Shown in pieces: positions 42,150 to 52,295 of a stretch of DNA of 64,000 nucleotides. Both the position numbers and the translations under genes were made by a program. The stretch is from an uncultured delta proteobacterium (GTDB lineage: Bacteria; Desulfobacterota; Binatia; UBA9968): positions 448,001-512,000 of the forward strand of contig CAVUZH010000014.1 of assembly GCA_963745835.1 (NCBI GenBank). The letters run 5' to 3'. The notes beneath the pieces were generated by a model that had not been told where the DNA came from, did no database searches, and was given only the letters and a program-made list of their open reading frames with translations. Each line of letters opens with the position of its first letter. Position 1 is the stretch's first letter.

Positions 42150-43175
42150 TTAGCGGAGTCGAAAAATCTGTTTCCATATCTTTTCGTATTTTGGAAATTC
42201 CTTGAGGTCCGCGACACTGATCGGATAGATCTTTTCAGTCCGGGTTTTGTCCACCGGTTCGACTTTCGGGTGCGCGGGAGTCCGGCCGCCTTGGGCCATA
42301 GCTTTCTGCCCGTCGACACTGGCCATCCAGCGGGAAAATAACAGCGCCGTGTTGGGATGAGGCGCGTCCTTAAAAATTGCCGTGGCATTGATCGAAGCAA
42401 CGCCTTCACTCAGCATATAGTTGAGCGGCGCTCCCTTTTTTATCCTGCTTGGATAATGATGAGAATAACAAGTCAGACAAACGGCAGCTTGGCCGGCGAC
42501 GAGTAACTCCGCCAATTGGGAATGACCGGAATGAAACTCGACGTTGTTGGCGGCGATCTTTTTCCACAAATTGATGGCCTTCTCATCGTCTTTAAACTTG
42601 TACTTGGCAAATCCCAAAAGCATTTCAAGATCCCGGGGCTCGGCAATCAGCCGGTTTTTCCAGCGCGGATCGGCAAAATCTTCATACTGCTTGGGCTCTT
42701 CTTCTTTCTTCACGAGATTGGTGTTCCATGCCGCGATAATGAACTGAAGATCCGAAGCGACCCAGAACGTTCCCTTCATTCCGGCGACATAGTCGGAGGA
42801 TTCAGGAAGGGTTGTTTCCAGCAATAGCTTCTGATCGTGAGCCTGACTGACATTCTCCAGCGGCACCTGTAAGACATCCCCTAGAGTCTTGCCGCCGCGC
42901 GCCTCGGTGACCGCACGAGCAACCAATTTATCGGAAGTTGCATCGACATGATTGACTTTGATTCCCGGGAAGCGTTTTTCAAAAACCGGAAGAATCCTGG
43001 CGGCATTGATTTGCGCCAACGTGGCATAGAAATTGAGCGTGCCGCCTTCCTTCAATGCGCTTTTATGAAGCTCGTCGAGAGTTTGTGACTGTGCGATCCC
43101 GGCGGTTGAGAATAACACCGCCAATACGCCAAAAAGCGCGTGAGTTGCAACCAGCTGCCTAAAAAACCTCTTCAT
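42150..43175 (-). CDS. ABC substrate-binding protein, tandem paralog 1
   Basis: Signal peptide, FEKRFPGIKV, WNTNLV, DPRWK, APHPNTA. Confidence 0.92.
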   Translation of the reverse strand: MKRFFRQLVATHALFGVLAVLFSTAGIAQSQTLDELHKSALKEGGTLNFYATLAQINAARILPVFEKRFPGIKVNHVDATSDKLVARAVTEARGGKTLGDVLQVPLENVSQAHDQKLLLETTLPESSDYVAGMKGTFWVASDLQFIIAAWNTNLVKKEEEPKQYEDFADPRWKNRLIAEPRDLEMLLGFAKYKFKDDEKAINLWKKIAANNVEFHSGHSQLAELLVAGQAAVCLTCYSHHYPSRIKKGAPLNYMLSEGVASINATAIFKDAPHPNTALLFSRWMASVDGQKAMAQGGRTPAHPKVEPVDKTRTEKIYPISVADLKEFPKYEKIWKQIFRLR

Positions 43176-43262
43176 CTAATCGACCTCCTTGCAATCGTGT
43201 ACAAACGTGAATTTTCGCATGGTTGATATCAGGTTAAAATGCGGAGTCAAGTCAAGCAATTG

Positions 43263-44285
43263 TCAACGGAGCTTGAAAATTTCCTTCCAAATTTTTTCGT
43301 ACTTCGGCCATTCTTTTATTTCTTGGGCACCGATGGCGTAGATCGCTTCCGGCCGGGTTTTTTCCGAGGGTTCAACTTCCGGATGCGTTGGCGTGCGGCC
43401 GCCTTCGCTATAGGCTTTCTGTCCTTCCCGGCTCATCGCCCATCTTGCAAATAGCAACGCCGTGTTGGGATGAGGAGCATTTTTGAAGATACCTGTTGCT
43501 GAAATGGTACCGATGCCTTCGGCCAGCAGGTAGCCCACAGGAGCGCCTTTTTTGATACGAGGCGGGAAATGATGCGAGTAACACGTGAAGCATGCGGCGC
43601 CCTGGCCGGAGACTAGGAATTCTGCCAATTCCGAATGCCCCTTATGGAATTCGACGCCATTGGCAGCGATCTTTTTCAACAACGCTACAGCCTTCTCGTC
43701 GCTCTTGTATTTGCGCCGGGCCAAGCCAATGAAGACTTCCACATCCCTCGGTTCCGCGATCAGCTTGCCTTTCCATTTAGGATCGGCAAAGTCTTCAAAG
43801 GATTTGGGCGCATCCTCCTGCTTTACGAGATTGGTGTTCCACGCGGCAATCAGAAAGATGATATCAGTGGCGACCCACGAGCTGCCTTTCAAGCCATCGG
43901 GATACTCCGACGCTTCCGGAGGCAACTTCTCCAATAACAATCCCTGCTCTTGGACTTGCAACAAGTTTTCCAACGCTCCTTGGAAGACATCAGCGAGAGT
44001 TCGGCCGCCGCGGGCCTCCGTGATCGCTCTGGTTGCCAGCGCATTTGCAGTGGCGTCGATATGGTTGACCTTGATCCCCGGAAAGCGTTTTTCAAACACA
44101 GGCAGGATCTTGACGGCATTAATCTGCGCCAGCGTTCCATAAAAGTTTACTGTGCCGCCTTCCTTTAGCGCCTGCTTGTAGAGCTCGTCCAAGCCTTGAG
44201 CGGTTGCCGTTACGCCTGGCATAAACAACCAACCGATTAGAATCAACCACGAAATGATCAAAGAAATTTTTCTGTAGCTCGACAT
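43263..44285 (-). CDS. ABC substrate-binding protein, tandem paralog 2
   Basis: Same motifs as paralog 1. Confidence 0.92.
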   Translation of the reverse strand: MSSYRKISLIISWLILIGWLFMPGVTATAQGLDELYKQALKEGGTVNFYGTLAQINAVKILPVFEKRFPGIKVNHIDATANALATRAITEARGGRTLADVFQGALENLLQVQEQGLLLEKLPPEASEYPDGLKGSSWVATDIIFLIAAWNTNLVKQEDAPKSFEDFADPKWKGKLIAEPRDVEVFIGLARRKYKSDEKAVALLKKIAANGVEFHKGHSELAEFLVSGQGAACFTCYSHHFPPRIKKGAPVGYLLAEGIGTISATGIFKNAPHPNTALLFARWAMSREGQKAYSEGGRTPTHPEVEPSEKTRPEAIYAIGAQEIKEWPKYEKIWKEIFKLR

Positions 44286-44335
44286 GGTGCCTCCGATGAT
44301 AAGTGATGATCTACAGCTTTCTTAATGGATCAAGT

Positions 44336-45346
44336 TTAGCGCAGCTTGAAAATTTCCTTCCAAGCTTTCTCATATTTTGCGTATTGCTTCAGATCCTCAA
44401 CACCCACCGCGTAGATCGCCTGGGGCCGGATCTTTTCCGTGGGTTCGACCTTGGGATGAGCCGGGGTTCTGCCGCCCTGGGCATAGACTTTCTGTCCCTC
44501 TTCCGATGCCGCCCAGCGGTTAAACAGCCAGGCGGTGTTGGGATGCGGCGCATTCTTCATCACCGCAACCGCGATAATGCCGGCGGCGCCTTCTGAGAGC
44601 ATGTAATCGACCGGCGCGCCCTTCTTCTTCCGGGAGGGGTAGTGATGTGAGTAACAGGTGAAACAGGCAGCGGCCTGCCCGGCAACTATAAACTCAGCAA
44701 GCTGCGAGTGCCCTTTGTGAAATTCGACGTTATTAGCGGCAATTTTCGAAAGAATTGCCCGTGCTTTCTCAAAGCTTTTATGCTTGTGCGTCAAGCCGAT
44801 CAAAACTTCGTAATCTCTTGGTTCAGCAATCAGACGGCCTTTCCAGCGCGGATCGGCGAAGTCATCCAGGGTCTTGGGTTCCTCCTCCTTTTTCACCTTT
44901 TCGGTGTTCCAGGCGCCGACAAAAAAGATGAGATTGTTGGCGGTCCAGAATGTCCCTTTCAGATTTGCCGGATACTCTGCGGCTTCCGGCGGCGCCTTTT
45001 CCAAGATCAAGCCCTGAGCGTGGATCTTATTGATGTCTTCGAGCCCGAATTCAACTACGTCGGCGAGAGTTCGGCCGCCTCGTGCTTCGGTGATAGCGCG
45101 GGCTGAAAGCTTGTCGGATGTAGCATCGACGTGGTTGATCCTAATGCCGGGAAAGCGCTTCTCGAAAAGCGGATAGATTTTCTCGGCGTTGATTTGCGCC
45201 AGCGAGCAGTAGCAGTTAAGCACGCCTTCTTCGCTGAGGGCTTTCTTGTAGAGTTCATCAATCGATTCGGTTTGCGCGGCAAAGCCCGGCGAAACCAAGC
45301 CCAACGTTGCCGCTAATAAAATCAATGTGCTAATGGCCGATCGCAT
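44336..45346 (-). CDS. ABC substrate-binding protein, tandem paralog 3
   Basis: Same motifs; GAGGAGG RBS before ATG 45346. Confidence 0.92.
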   Translation of the reverse strand: MRSAISTLILLAATLGLVSPGFAAQTESIDELYKKALSEEGVLNCYCSLAQINAEKIYPLFEKRFPGIRINHVDATSDKLSARAITEARGGRTLADVVEFGLEDINKIHAQGLILEKAPPEAAEYPANLKGTFWTANNLIFFVGAWNTEKVKKEEEPKTLDDFADPRWKGRLIAEPRDYEVLIGLTHKHKSFEKARAILSKIAANNVEFHKGHSQLAEFIVAGQAAACFTCYSHHYPSRKKKGAPVDYMLSEGAAGIIAVAVMKNAPHPNTAWLFNRWAASEEGQKVYAQGGRTPAHPKVEPTEKIRPQAIYAVGVEDLKQYAKYEKAWKEIFKLR

Positions 45347-45443
45347 ATCGCCTCCTCTGCCGCCTTTACGGCCGGCTTTCAAAGTTGCCTGCTATTCAAG
45401 TTCCTGTGAGAACATGGTGTGATCTATAGATGCGAATTCTGAA

Positions 45444-46460
45444 TCACCTTAGCTTAAATATATCTTTCCAGATCTTTTCGTATTTGCTCCAGTTCTTTAG
45501 TTCGTCGGTGCCGATTGGATAGATTTTCGCCGGCCGGATCTTGTCCATGGGCTCGACTTTGGGATGGGGCGGCGTGCGGCCGCCGATGGCGTAGACCTTT
45601 TGCCCTTCCTCGCTGGCGGACCAGCGGGCAAACAACCATGCCGTATTGGGATGGGGACTGTCTTTGGCCACCGCCGTGGCGTTTATTGAAGCGACGCCTT
45701 CGGTCAGCATATATCCTAGAGGCGCGCCTTTTTTGATGCGTGGCGGATAGTGATGGGCATAGCAGGTAAAGCACGCGGCCGCCTGTCCGGCCACCAGAAA
45801 CTCGGCAAGCTGGGAGTGGCCTTTGTGAAACTCTACGTTATTGACGGCGATTTTCTTGAGCAGCGCTATCGCCTTCTCGTCGCTCTTGTACTTGTGATTG
45901 GCAAGACCCATGAGGATCTCAACGTCACGCGGTTCTGCGATGAGCCGGCCCTTCCAGCGCGGATCCGCGAAGTCTTCGAACTGCTTGGGCTCTTCGCCTT
46001 TCTTGACCAGGTTTGTATTCCAGGCTCCCGTAATAAACAACAAATCGGCTGCGATCCAGAAGCTACCCTTCAGATTGTCGGGATAGACCGCCGCTTCGGG
46101 AGGAAGTTTCTCAATAACTAGTTTCTGATCCGCCAGTTGTAAGATATTTTCCAAAGTCATCTGAAAGATATCGGCGGAGACTTTGCCGCCGCGCGCTTCC
46201 GTGATGGCGCGCGCGGCCAGCTTATCGGCAGTGGCGTCAACGTGATTGATCTTCAATCCGGCGAAGCGCTTCTCAAATAAGGGAATGACTTTGGCGGCAT
46301 TGATTTGCGCCAAGGTGCCATAAAAGTTTAGATCCCCGCCTTCTTTGAGCGCCTTCTTGTAGAGGTCATCCAGGCTTTCGGTCTGACCGTTTCCCCAACT
46401 CGGAAAGGCGACGACAACGAAGACTATCCACCAGCTGATTCTATTGAGATTTAAAAACAT
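45444..46460 (-). CDS. ABC substrate-binding protein, tandem paralog 4
   Basis: Same motifs. Confidence 0.92.
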   Translation of the reverse strand: MFLNLNRISWWIVFVVVAFPSWGNGQTESLDDLYKKALKEGGDLNFYGTLAQINAAKVIPLFEKRFAGLKINHVDATADKLAARAITEARGGKVSADIFQMTLENILQLADQKLVIEKLPPEAAVYPDNLKGSFWIAADLLFITGAWNTNLVKKGEEPKQFEDFADPRWKGRLIAEPRDVEILMGLANHKYKSDEKAIALLKKIAVNNVEFHKGHSQLAEFLVAGQAAACFTCYAHHYPPRIKKGAPLGYMLTEGVASINATAVAKDSPHPNTAWLFARWSASEEGQKVYAIGGRTPPHPKVEPMDKIRPAKIYPIGTDELKNWSKYEKIWKDIFKLR

Positions 46461-46510
46461 CGCGCATCCCTCCGTAGTTATCTCTAACGGTACTGGAATA
46501 TCGCCGTGTA

Positions 46511-47587
46511 CTACTTCTTACCGCCCTTCATCGCGGTTTGGAGTTTGCTTTTCAAATCAGGGCTCATACCAAGAAACTCCTGAACCAGTTTGTATATCTC
46601 ATCGCCGAGCATCGGATCGATTTCGAGTTTGCCTTTTTCCGCATCAGCCATGAGTTCTTTGTCCGTGAAAACTTTCGCAAAGGCATTTTCCAGAGCGTGG
46701 GCACGATCGGCGGAGGTTCCTGGCGGAAGAACATACACCTTGCCGAAGTCATTCGGTGTGCTCGTGCCATATTTCATAATCAGCCGTTCTTCATTGGTTT
46801 TGCCGATTTGTGAAATCGTCGGCACGTTGGGAATGATTAGATCCTTGATCGGTTTTTCGGATAACTGCGCCAGCACCAGCCACTCGCCGCTCTTGACCTT
46901 GTCGAATGAAGTTACCTTCGAGGAAGTCCAGGTGTTGAAGAAGCCATCCACCTCGCCGCTGTCAATGGCTAATCTTACGTCGGCGGTTCCTTTGTACCCG
47001 GAAACGACTTTGAGATTCGCGCCTAACACGTCACGGGTCAGTATCGGCGCATGTTCCACGGTCGATCCCGGAATCGCGCCAATACTTACCTGCTTGCTCT
47101 TGGCACCAATCAGATCATCGAATTTAGTGACGCCAGATTTTTTCGTGACGATAAACAAGTAGGTTTCGCTCACCGGCACCGCTAGGTAGCGAAATTTGGC
47201 CATGTCGAACTGGATAGAAGGACTGCCAAAGAGTTGCTCGAGAACAATCGGTCCCGAAATATTGCCGATGACGGTGCCGTCTTTGGGCGCTGCGTTGAAA
47301 GTATGATTCGCCGCGATGATGCTCCCGGCGCCGGGCATATTATCGACGATTACGGCGGGATTCCCGGGAATGTATTTGGACATGTGGCGGGCAATCAGCC
47401 TGGAGTACTGATCGTAGCCGCCGCCGGCGGAAAACCCGACGATGATCCGCACCGTCTTGCCTCGGTAAAAATCGGCAACGGCCTTTTCATCATAGCTTGA
47501 CTTAGCGCCCGGCTGAGCAGCCATAGCGGAACTAGATGAAATCCACAGCGCAAGAAACAGCAGCACAAAAACTTTGGCAAAACTCAT
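46511..47587 (-). CDS. Bug/TctC family tripartite tricarboxylate transporter binding protein
   Basis: IVGFSAGGGYD..R, NMPGAGS, PKDGT, GYKGT. Confidence 0.9.
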   Translation of the reverse strand: MSFAKVFVLLFLALWISSSSAMAAQPGAKSSYDEKAVADFYRGKTVRIIVGFSAGGGYDQYSRLIARHMSKYIPGNPAVIVDNMPGAGSIIAANHTFNAAPKDGTVIGNISGPIVLEQLFGSPSIQFDMAKFRYLAVPVSETYLFIVTKKSGVTKFDDLIGAKSKQVSIGAIPGSTVEHAPILTRDVLGANLKVVSGYKGTADVRLAIDSGEVDGFFNTWTSSKVTSFDKVKSGEWLVLAQLSEKPIKDLIIPNVPTISQIGKTNEERLIMKYGTSTPNDFGKVYVLPPGTSADRAHALENAFAKVFTDKELMADAEKGKLEIDPMLGDEIYKLVQEFLGMSPDLKSKLQTAMKGGKK

Positions 47588-47810
47588 GGCAATTTCTTCA
47601 GCCTCCTTCTTCATTCAACCGTTAAATAATTCTTTTCTTCAGTGATTAGACGACAATGGCAGATCCGAGCTTCAGCTTTGGCTTAGCTAAGCTCTTTCTT
47701 TTGTTAAGCGACCGGCCTTTAAGGAGGGTACTTTGAAGCCAAATCTCTTTGCCTGCCGCGCTGATCATAACCCTAAGGCTCCTCTGTAAAACCCGATGAG
47801 TCCAAAACCG

Positions 47811-48779
47811 CTACAGGTGCTCGAGCCGTTTCAGCGTCGCGGCGTAATCAGCAACCGCTTTATCGATCGGATAGTCCGGCTGATACCCGAGCTGTTCTTT
47901 AGATCTCGAGAAATCGCTCGCAAGACGAGATTCGGGGTAAGGCATTGGATTATCGCCTTTGATCAACTCGATCTTGGAGTCGGGAAAATTTTGTTGAATG
48001 GCCGCGATGATCTCCTCACCGCCGACCATCTGACCATTGCCGATGTGAAATAGATCATCCTTGAATTTTCCCTGCGTTACAGCGAGCACTGTTCCCTTAG
48101 CGGCATCCTTACCGTATAAGATTTCGGCAGCGCCATAAGGCCATTTGATTTTCGCCGCTTCACCTTTAAGAGCGGCGCGGATCATTTGCTGAATCGCGAC
48201 TTCTCTGGTCGCTTTGAGGGACACTGGCGACGGACCATAGAGACCGCCGACGTAACGGAGGCAGATGAATTCAAAACCGTATCGTCTGGCGTAAGCCCGG
48301 CCCATGAACTCGCAGCTGGCTTTGGTCGCGGCATAGATCGAGGGCGGGTTTACCGCAATAGATTCATCTATTTTCGCTAAACCTTCGCCGATAGATCCCA
48401 GGTAGACTGTTCCGGAACTTGGGAAGATGATGCGGGAAACCTTTTCCAGGCGCGCCGCTTCGAAGACATTGACCGTTCCCATAAAATTCAGACGCACGCC
48501 GCTATACGGTCGCCGCTGAACTTCCTCGCCTAGAAACGCCGCCAGATGAATAATGCGGTCACAGTCATGGTCGCGCAGCGTGGAGATCAAAGCCGGAAGG
48601 TCCGCCATGTCGCCGCGCACCAAAGTGATTCGGTGGGTATCAACACCGACTGCCGCCAACAGCCGCTCATTGATCGCCACATCAAAAACAACCGGCCGTT
48701 CCCCTCGCTCCAACAACATGCCCACCGCATAGGCTCCCACCAGGCCCGAACCACCGGTGACAAGAATTCCCTTAGCCAT
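47811..48779 (-). CDS. NAD-dependent epimerase/dehydratase
   Basis: VTGGSGLVG, IIHLAA, YAATK. Confidence 0.92.
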   Translation of the reverse strand: MAKGILVTGGSGLVGAYAVGMLLERGERPVVFDVAINERLLAAVGVDTHRITLVRGDMADLPALISTLRDHDCDRIIHLAAFLGEEVQRRPYSGVRLNFMGTVNVFEAARLEKVSRIIFPSSGTVYLGSIGEGLAKIDESIAVNPPSIYAATKASCEFMGRAYARRYGFEFICLRYVGGLYGPSPVSLKATREVAIQQMIRAALKGEAAKIKWPYGAAEILYGKDAAKGTVLAVTQGKFKDDLFHIGNGQMVGGEEIIAAIQQNFPDSKIELIKGDNPMPYPESRLASDFSRSKEQLGYQPDYPIDKAVADYAATLKRLEHL

Positions 48780-49010
48780 CTTGGCTCCTCCAGGAACTGC
48801 CTCTACTATCTCAAACGACTCATTGAGTCAACGTAGTCGTTTTCGTCAATTTTAACGTCTTTGGTAGCAGTTTTAATAACTTAAAAAGAACCATGAACCG
48901 TCTATGTGCCCCTCATTTCCTAAGACTTTGGTTGGGGAAACCTGGGTGTTTGCTTGATTTCATCAACAGCAAAATGATAGTTATGCGGCGGTTTCAAGGA
49001 GGGTCCAGTC

Positions 49011-50000
49011 ATGGTCACCAAAATGGCTTTGGTTTTAGCCGGATTGCTTTCATTCGTGGTCACGGTTTCGCCCGCCAACGCACAAGAAAAGCTCAGGCTT
49101 GCCTGGGCGGGTTTCAGCCCGACCAATAGCCCGATCTGGGTCATTGAAGATAGGAAGCTTTTACAAAAGATGGGTGTTGAGCCGGAAATCATCGCGATCA
49201 GCGCCAGCCCCACGGTCCTCCAGGCGCTTTTGGCAAACGAGATCGATGCCGCGAGCATTTCTGTTACCACCTTGACCAGCTCACGGCTTCAGGGTGCCGA
49301 CACAGTGATGGTCGTCGGCGTGGTTCCCACTTTTGTCGACCATATTGTTTCACTCTCCAATATCACCAAGGTCGAGCAACTAAAAGGTAAAACCGGCGCG
49401 GTCAATCGTTTAGGCAGCACTTCCGATCTCGGTCTTCGTCTTGCCTTGAGGAAACTCGGCGTCGATCCGGAGAAAGACGTGAAGATCATCCCTGCAGGAG
49501 GCAATCCCGAGCGATTCGCGGCGCTCAGCAAAGGACTGGTTCAGTTTACTATTATGCCGGAGCCGTTCTTAACTCAGGCAGAGAAGCTCGGCTTCCGCAA
49601 CCTTTATAATGTAACCGATCTAAAAATACCCTTCTGGTGGAACGGCATTCTCAGCCGTGAAGCGATCGTTAAGAAAAATCGGCCGCTTCTGCTCAAGCTC
49701 ACCCGGGCCATGGTGGAAGCCATCCACATCATCAAGACCGAGAAGGAGTATGCCAAAGGTCTATTCAAAAAGAATTTAGGCGTTGCCGATCCTGAAGGTT
49801 TGGAAAGAGCCTATCAAGATTACTCCAATGTATTTCCCGAGATTCCGTATCCTCATTCTGAGGGCGTGAAGACCATGCTCGACGATCTCGCGCCGCGCAA
49901 TCCGAAAGCTGCCGCGGCCGATCCCAAGGCATTCGTCGATATGAGTCTGGTCAAAGAGGTGGAGGCGTCTGGTTTGATCAAGCAGCTTTATAAGAAATAA
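49011..50000 (+). CDS. ABC substrate-binding protein (NMT1/SsuA-like)
   Basis: Signal peptide, QLKGKT..VNRLGS, ERFAAL. Confidence 0.9.
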   Translation: MVTKMALVLAGLLSFVVTVSPANAQEKLRLAWAGFSPTNSPIWVIEDRKLLQKMGVEPEIIAISASPTVLQALLANEIDAASISVTTLTSSRLQGADTVMVVGVVPTFVDHIVSLSNITKVEQLKGKTGAVNRLGSTSDLGLRLALRKLGVDPEKDVKIIPAGGNPERFAALSKGLVQFTIMPEPFLTQAEKLGFRNLYNVTDLKIPFWWNGILSREAIVKKNRPLLLKLTRAMVEAIHIIKTEKEYAKGLFKKNLGVADPEGLERAYQDYSNVFPEIPYPHSEGVKTMLDDLAPRNPKAAAADPKAFVDMSLVKEVEASGLIKQLYKK

Positions 50001-50017
50001 ACCACGGAGGTTGAATC

Positions 50018-50851
50018 ATGGCAGCAGAACCAGAAGTACTCGCGGACGAACATCCACTGATGCGACAAGGAATGGGCCGGCTGCGCGGCAAGATTGCGGT
50101 GATCACCGGAGCAAACAGTGGAATTGGCCGGGCCACCGCTCGGCTCTTCGGGCGCGAAGGCGCAAAGGTTGTTTGCTGCGATATTCAGGAGACGATCACG
50201 CCGCGAATCGACGAGGTGATCAAACGGGAAGGCGGGCAGGCGGTTTTTACTAAGATCGACGTGACCAAGCAGGACGATTGCGAACGCCTGCTCAGCGCCG
50301 CCATAGAAGCGTTTGGCGATCTGGATATTCTCTATAATAATGCCGGCGCCGGTATCCGCAAGAAGCTCCATGAGCACACCGATGACGAATGGAATTTCGT
50401 TCTCAACACCAACTTGAATGCAATGTTTCGAGGCGCCCGCGCGGTGCTGCCGCATTTTATTAAGAAAGGAAGCGGGAACATCGTCACCACCGCTTCCACA
50501 TTCGGCCTTTTAGCTTCAGCGGAGTATCCAGGTTACTGCGCCACTAAAGCGGCGATCGTCAATCTCACCCGCGAGATGGCATTGGACTATGGCCCGCTCG
50601 GGATCAGAGTAAACTGTGTTTGCCCCGGCGCCATCGAGACTCCGCGCTTCAGAGGATTTCCGCCTAAGCCGACCTTGAGCGGCATTACCGAAGAACAGCG
50701 CAAAACCATGGGTTCCAGCAATAAGGCTCTGCTGCGCATGGGTCGTCCGGAAGAGATTGCCTATGGGGTGCTTTTCCTGGTCTCCGATGAAGCTTCCTTC
50801 GTAACCGGTCACGCGCTGGTCATCGATGGCGGTCAAACCATCGACGCATAG
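50018..50851 (+). CDS. SDR oxidoreductase
   Basis: TGANSGIG, NNAG, YCATK, FVTG..LVIDGG. Confidence 0.94.
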   Translation: MAAEPEVLADEHPLMRQGMGRLRGKIAVITGANSGIGRATARLFGREGAKVVCCDIQETITPRIDEVIKREGGQAVFTKIDVTKQDDCERLLSAAIEAFGDLDILYNNAGAGIRKKLHEHTDDEWNFVLNTNLNAMFRGARAVLPHFIKKGSGNIVTTASTFGLLASAEYPGYCATKAAIVNLTREMALDYGPLGIRVNCVCPGAIETPRFRGFPPKPTLSGITEEQRKTMGSSNKALLRMGRPEEIAYGVLFLVSDEASFVTGHALVIDGGQTIDA

Positions 50852-50921
50852 GGGACACGCATTGGAGTAATGGAGTGGTGGGGTTGCTGCACCCTTTACC
50901 ATCCTGAGTGAATGAAATTCT

Positions 50922-51044
50922 GGAGGTGGTCAAAAAGGTTTAGATGCGAGATGCGCGACGGCCGACGAGCGGAGGCGTACGCTGGAGTACGTCGAGCGAG
51001 TCGGACTAGCGCAACGAAGCAGATGAACATTTTTCACCAGCCTG
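50922..51044 (+). repeat. Intergenic palindromic repeat (REP/MITE-like)
   Basis: Imperfect terminal inverted repeats (TGGTCAAAAAGGTTTAGATGC / GCAGATGAACATTTTTCACCA), central CGTAC..GTACG palindrome; second copy at 34143-34270. Confidence 0.7.
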
Positions 51045-51047
51045 AAA

Positions 51048-52139
51048 TTACTTTCGGACGACATACCAGTTGTTCTGTATATCGTGCGCCAACTCATGCT
51101 TCTGCACCGATTTAAACCCGGCTTTTTGCAGATAATCCCGGGTCATCTCTTCGCCCCACATCGCCCCGACCCCTTCACCGCCTTGGGCCAGGGAAACCGT
51201 CATGCAGTGCATGCATGACACTGTATATAAAAACGGGCCGATCGGATGATCGATATTCTTGTGAAGTTGGCTGGAGCCTTTGATGTCCTGCATCAGGTAG
51301 ACTCCGTTGGGGCGCAGAGCGCGATGAACGCCTTTGAGAACGTTCAACGGAAATTTTTGATCGTGAACCGCGTCGAAGGTGGTTATTAGATCGAACGCTT
51401 CGAGTTCCGCGGTTTGATCGAAATTACTCAGATCGGCAACGATAAATTCTACGTTCCTGAGTTTTTTGTCCGCTGCGGTTTTCCAAGCAAACATGACCGC
51501 TTCGCTTGAAAGATCAATCCCGGTAAACCTGCTTTTCGGAAACAGTTCGGCTAGCCGAATCATCGTGAGGCCTCGGCCGCAGCCGGCATCGAGCATTTGA
51601 ATCCCCTCTGCCAGCTGATCCGACAAGCCGGGTACGAGCGGCAGAATATGACTTTCTAGAGAAGAAAGAACGGATTGGCCGCTGTCCTCGGCCATAACCT
51701 CATGGAAGCGCGGGAACCTGGTGTATGGGACGCCGCCGCCTTTGTAAAAGCACTCGACGATTTCATCTTCGACACTGCCCATGACACCGATGTACTGCGC
51801 GAAGACTGACATGTTATTAGCGCCGGCTGCTCGAGTAAGCGCTGCTGCATTTTCTCGGGGCAAGGAAAACTTGTAGGTATTCGGATCCAATTCGACAACA
51901 CTTCCGGTTACCATGGCGCCAAGCCATTCGCGAACGTAGCGCTCGTTGAGACCGGCCTTAGAAGCAATCTCAGCGCACGAGGACGGTTGAAGATTGCTCA
52001 TCGTATCGAAGAGCCCCGTGCGGTGGCCGATGGAAATCATCACGCAAAGCGAGCTTTGATTCAGCATGGTCAAGAGACGGTTGGCGAAATCGTCAGCCTT
52101 TGCTTGGCTAAACGAAGTTGCTGGATGATCGGTAGTCAT
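51048..52139 (-). CDS. Class I SAM methyltransferase with N-terminal winged helix (Rv2258c-like)
   Basis: GHRTGLF, ERYVREWL, LDAGCGRG, FDAVHD, CMTVSLAQGG. Confidence 0.9.
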   Translation of the reverse strand: MTTDHPATSFSQAKADDFANRLLTMLNQSSLCVMISIGHRTGLFDTMSNLQPSSCAEIASKAGLNERYVREWLGAMVTGSVVELDPNTYKFSLPRENAAALTRAAGANNMSVFAQYIGVMGSVEDEIVECFYKGGGVPYTRFPRFHEVMAEDSGQSVLSSLESHILPLVPGLSDQLAEGIQMLDAGCGRGLTMIRLAELFPKSRFTGIDLSSEAVMFAWKTAADKKLRNVEFIVADLSNFDQTAELEAFDLITTFDAVHDQKFPLNVLKGVHRALRPNGVYLMQDIKGSSQLHKNIDHPIGPFLYTVSCMHCMTVSLAQGGEGVGAMWGEEMTRDYLQKAGFKSVQKHELAHDIQNNWYVVRK

Positions 52140-52295
52140 GGGCGCACCTCTATCTAGATTACGATTTATTTAGCGAACGCGTTTGAGTGCTCTCGGTTAC
52201 TTCCATCCTTCGCTATGTGAGAATAGCGAGCAGGGAGTAGCAACAATCCTAAGCGCCAAACCAGAGTTTAGAGTAAACGCAATCGCTAAGTACAA

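Noticed and set aside
42150-46460. Heme c motif or nucleotide repeat array
   Set aside because: Motif is CxxCY, not CxxCH; similarity reflects gene paralogy
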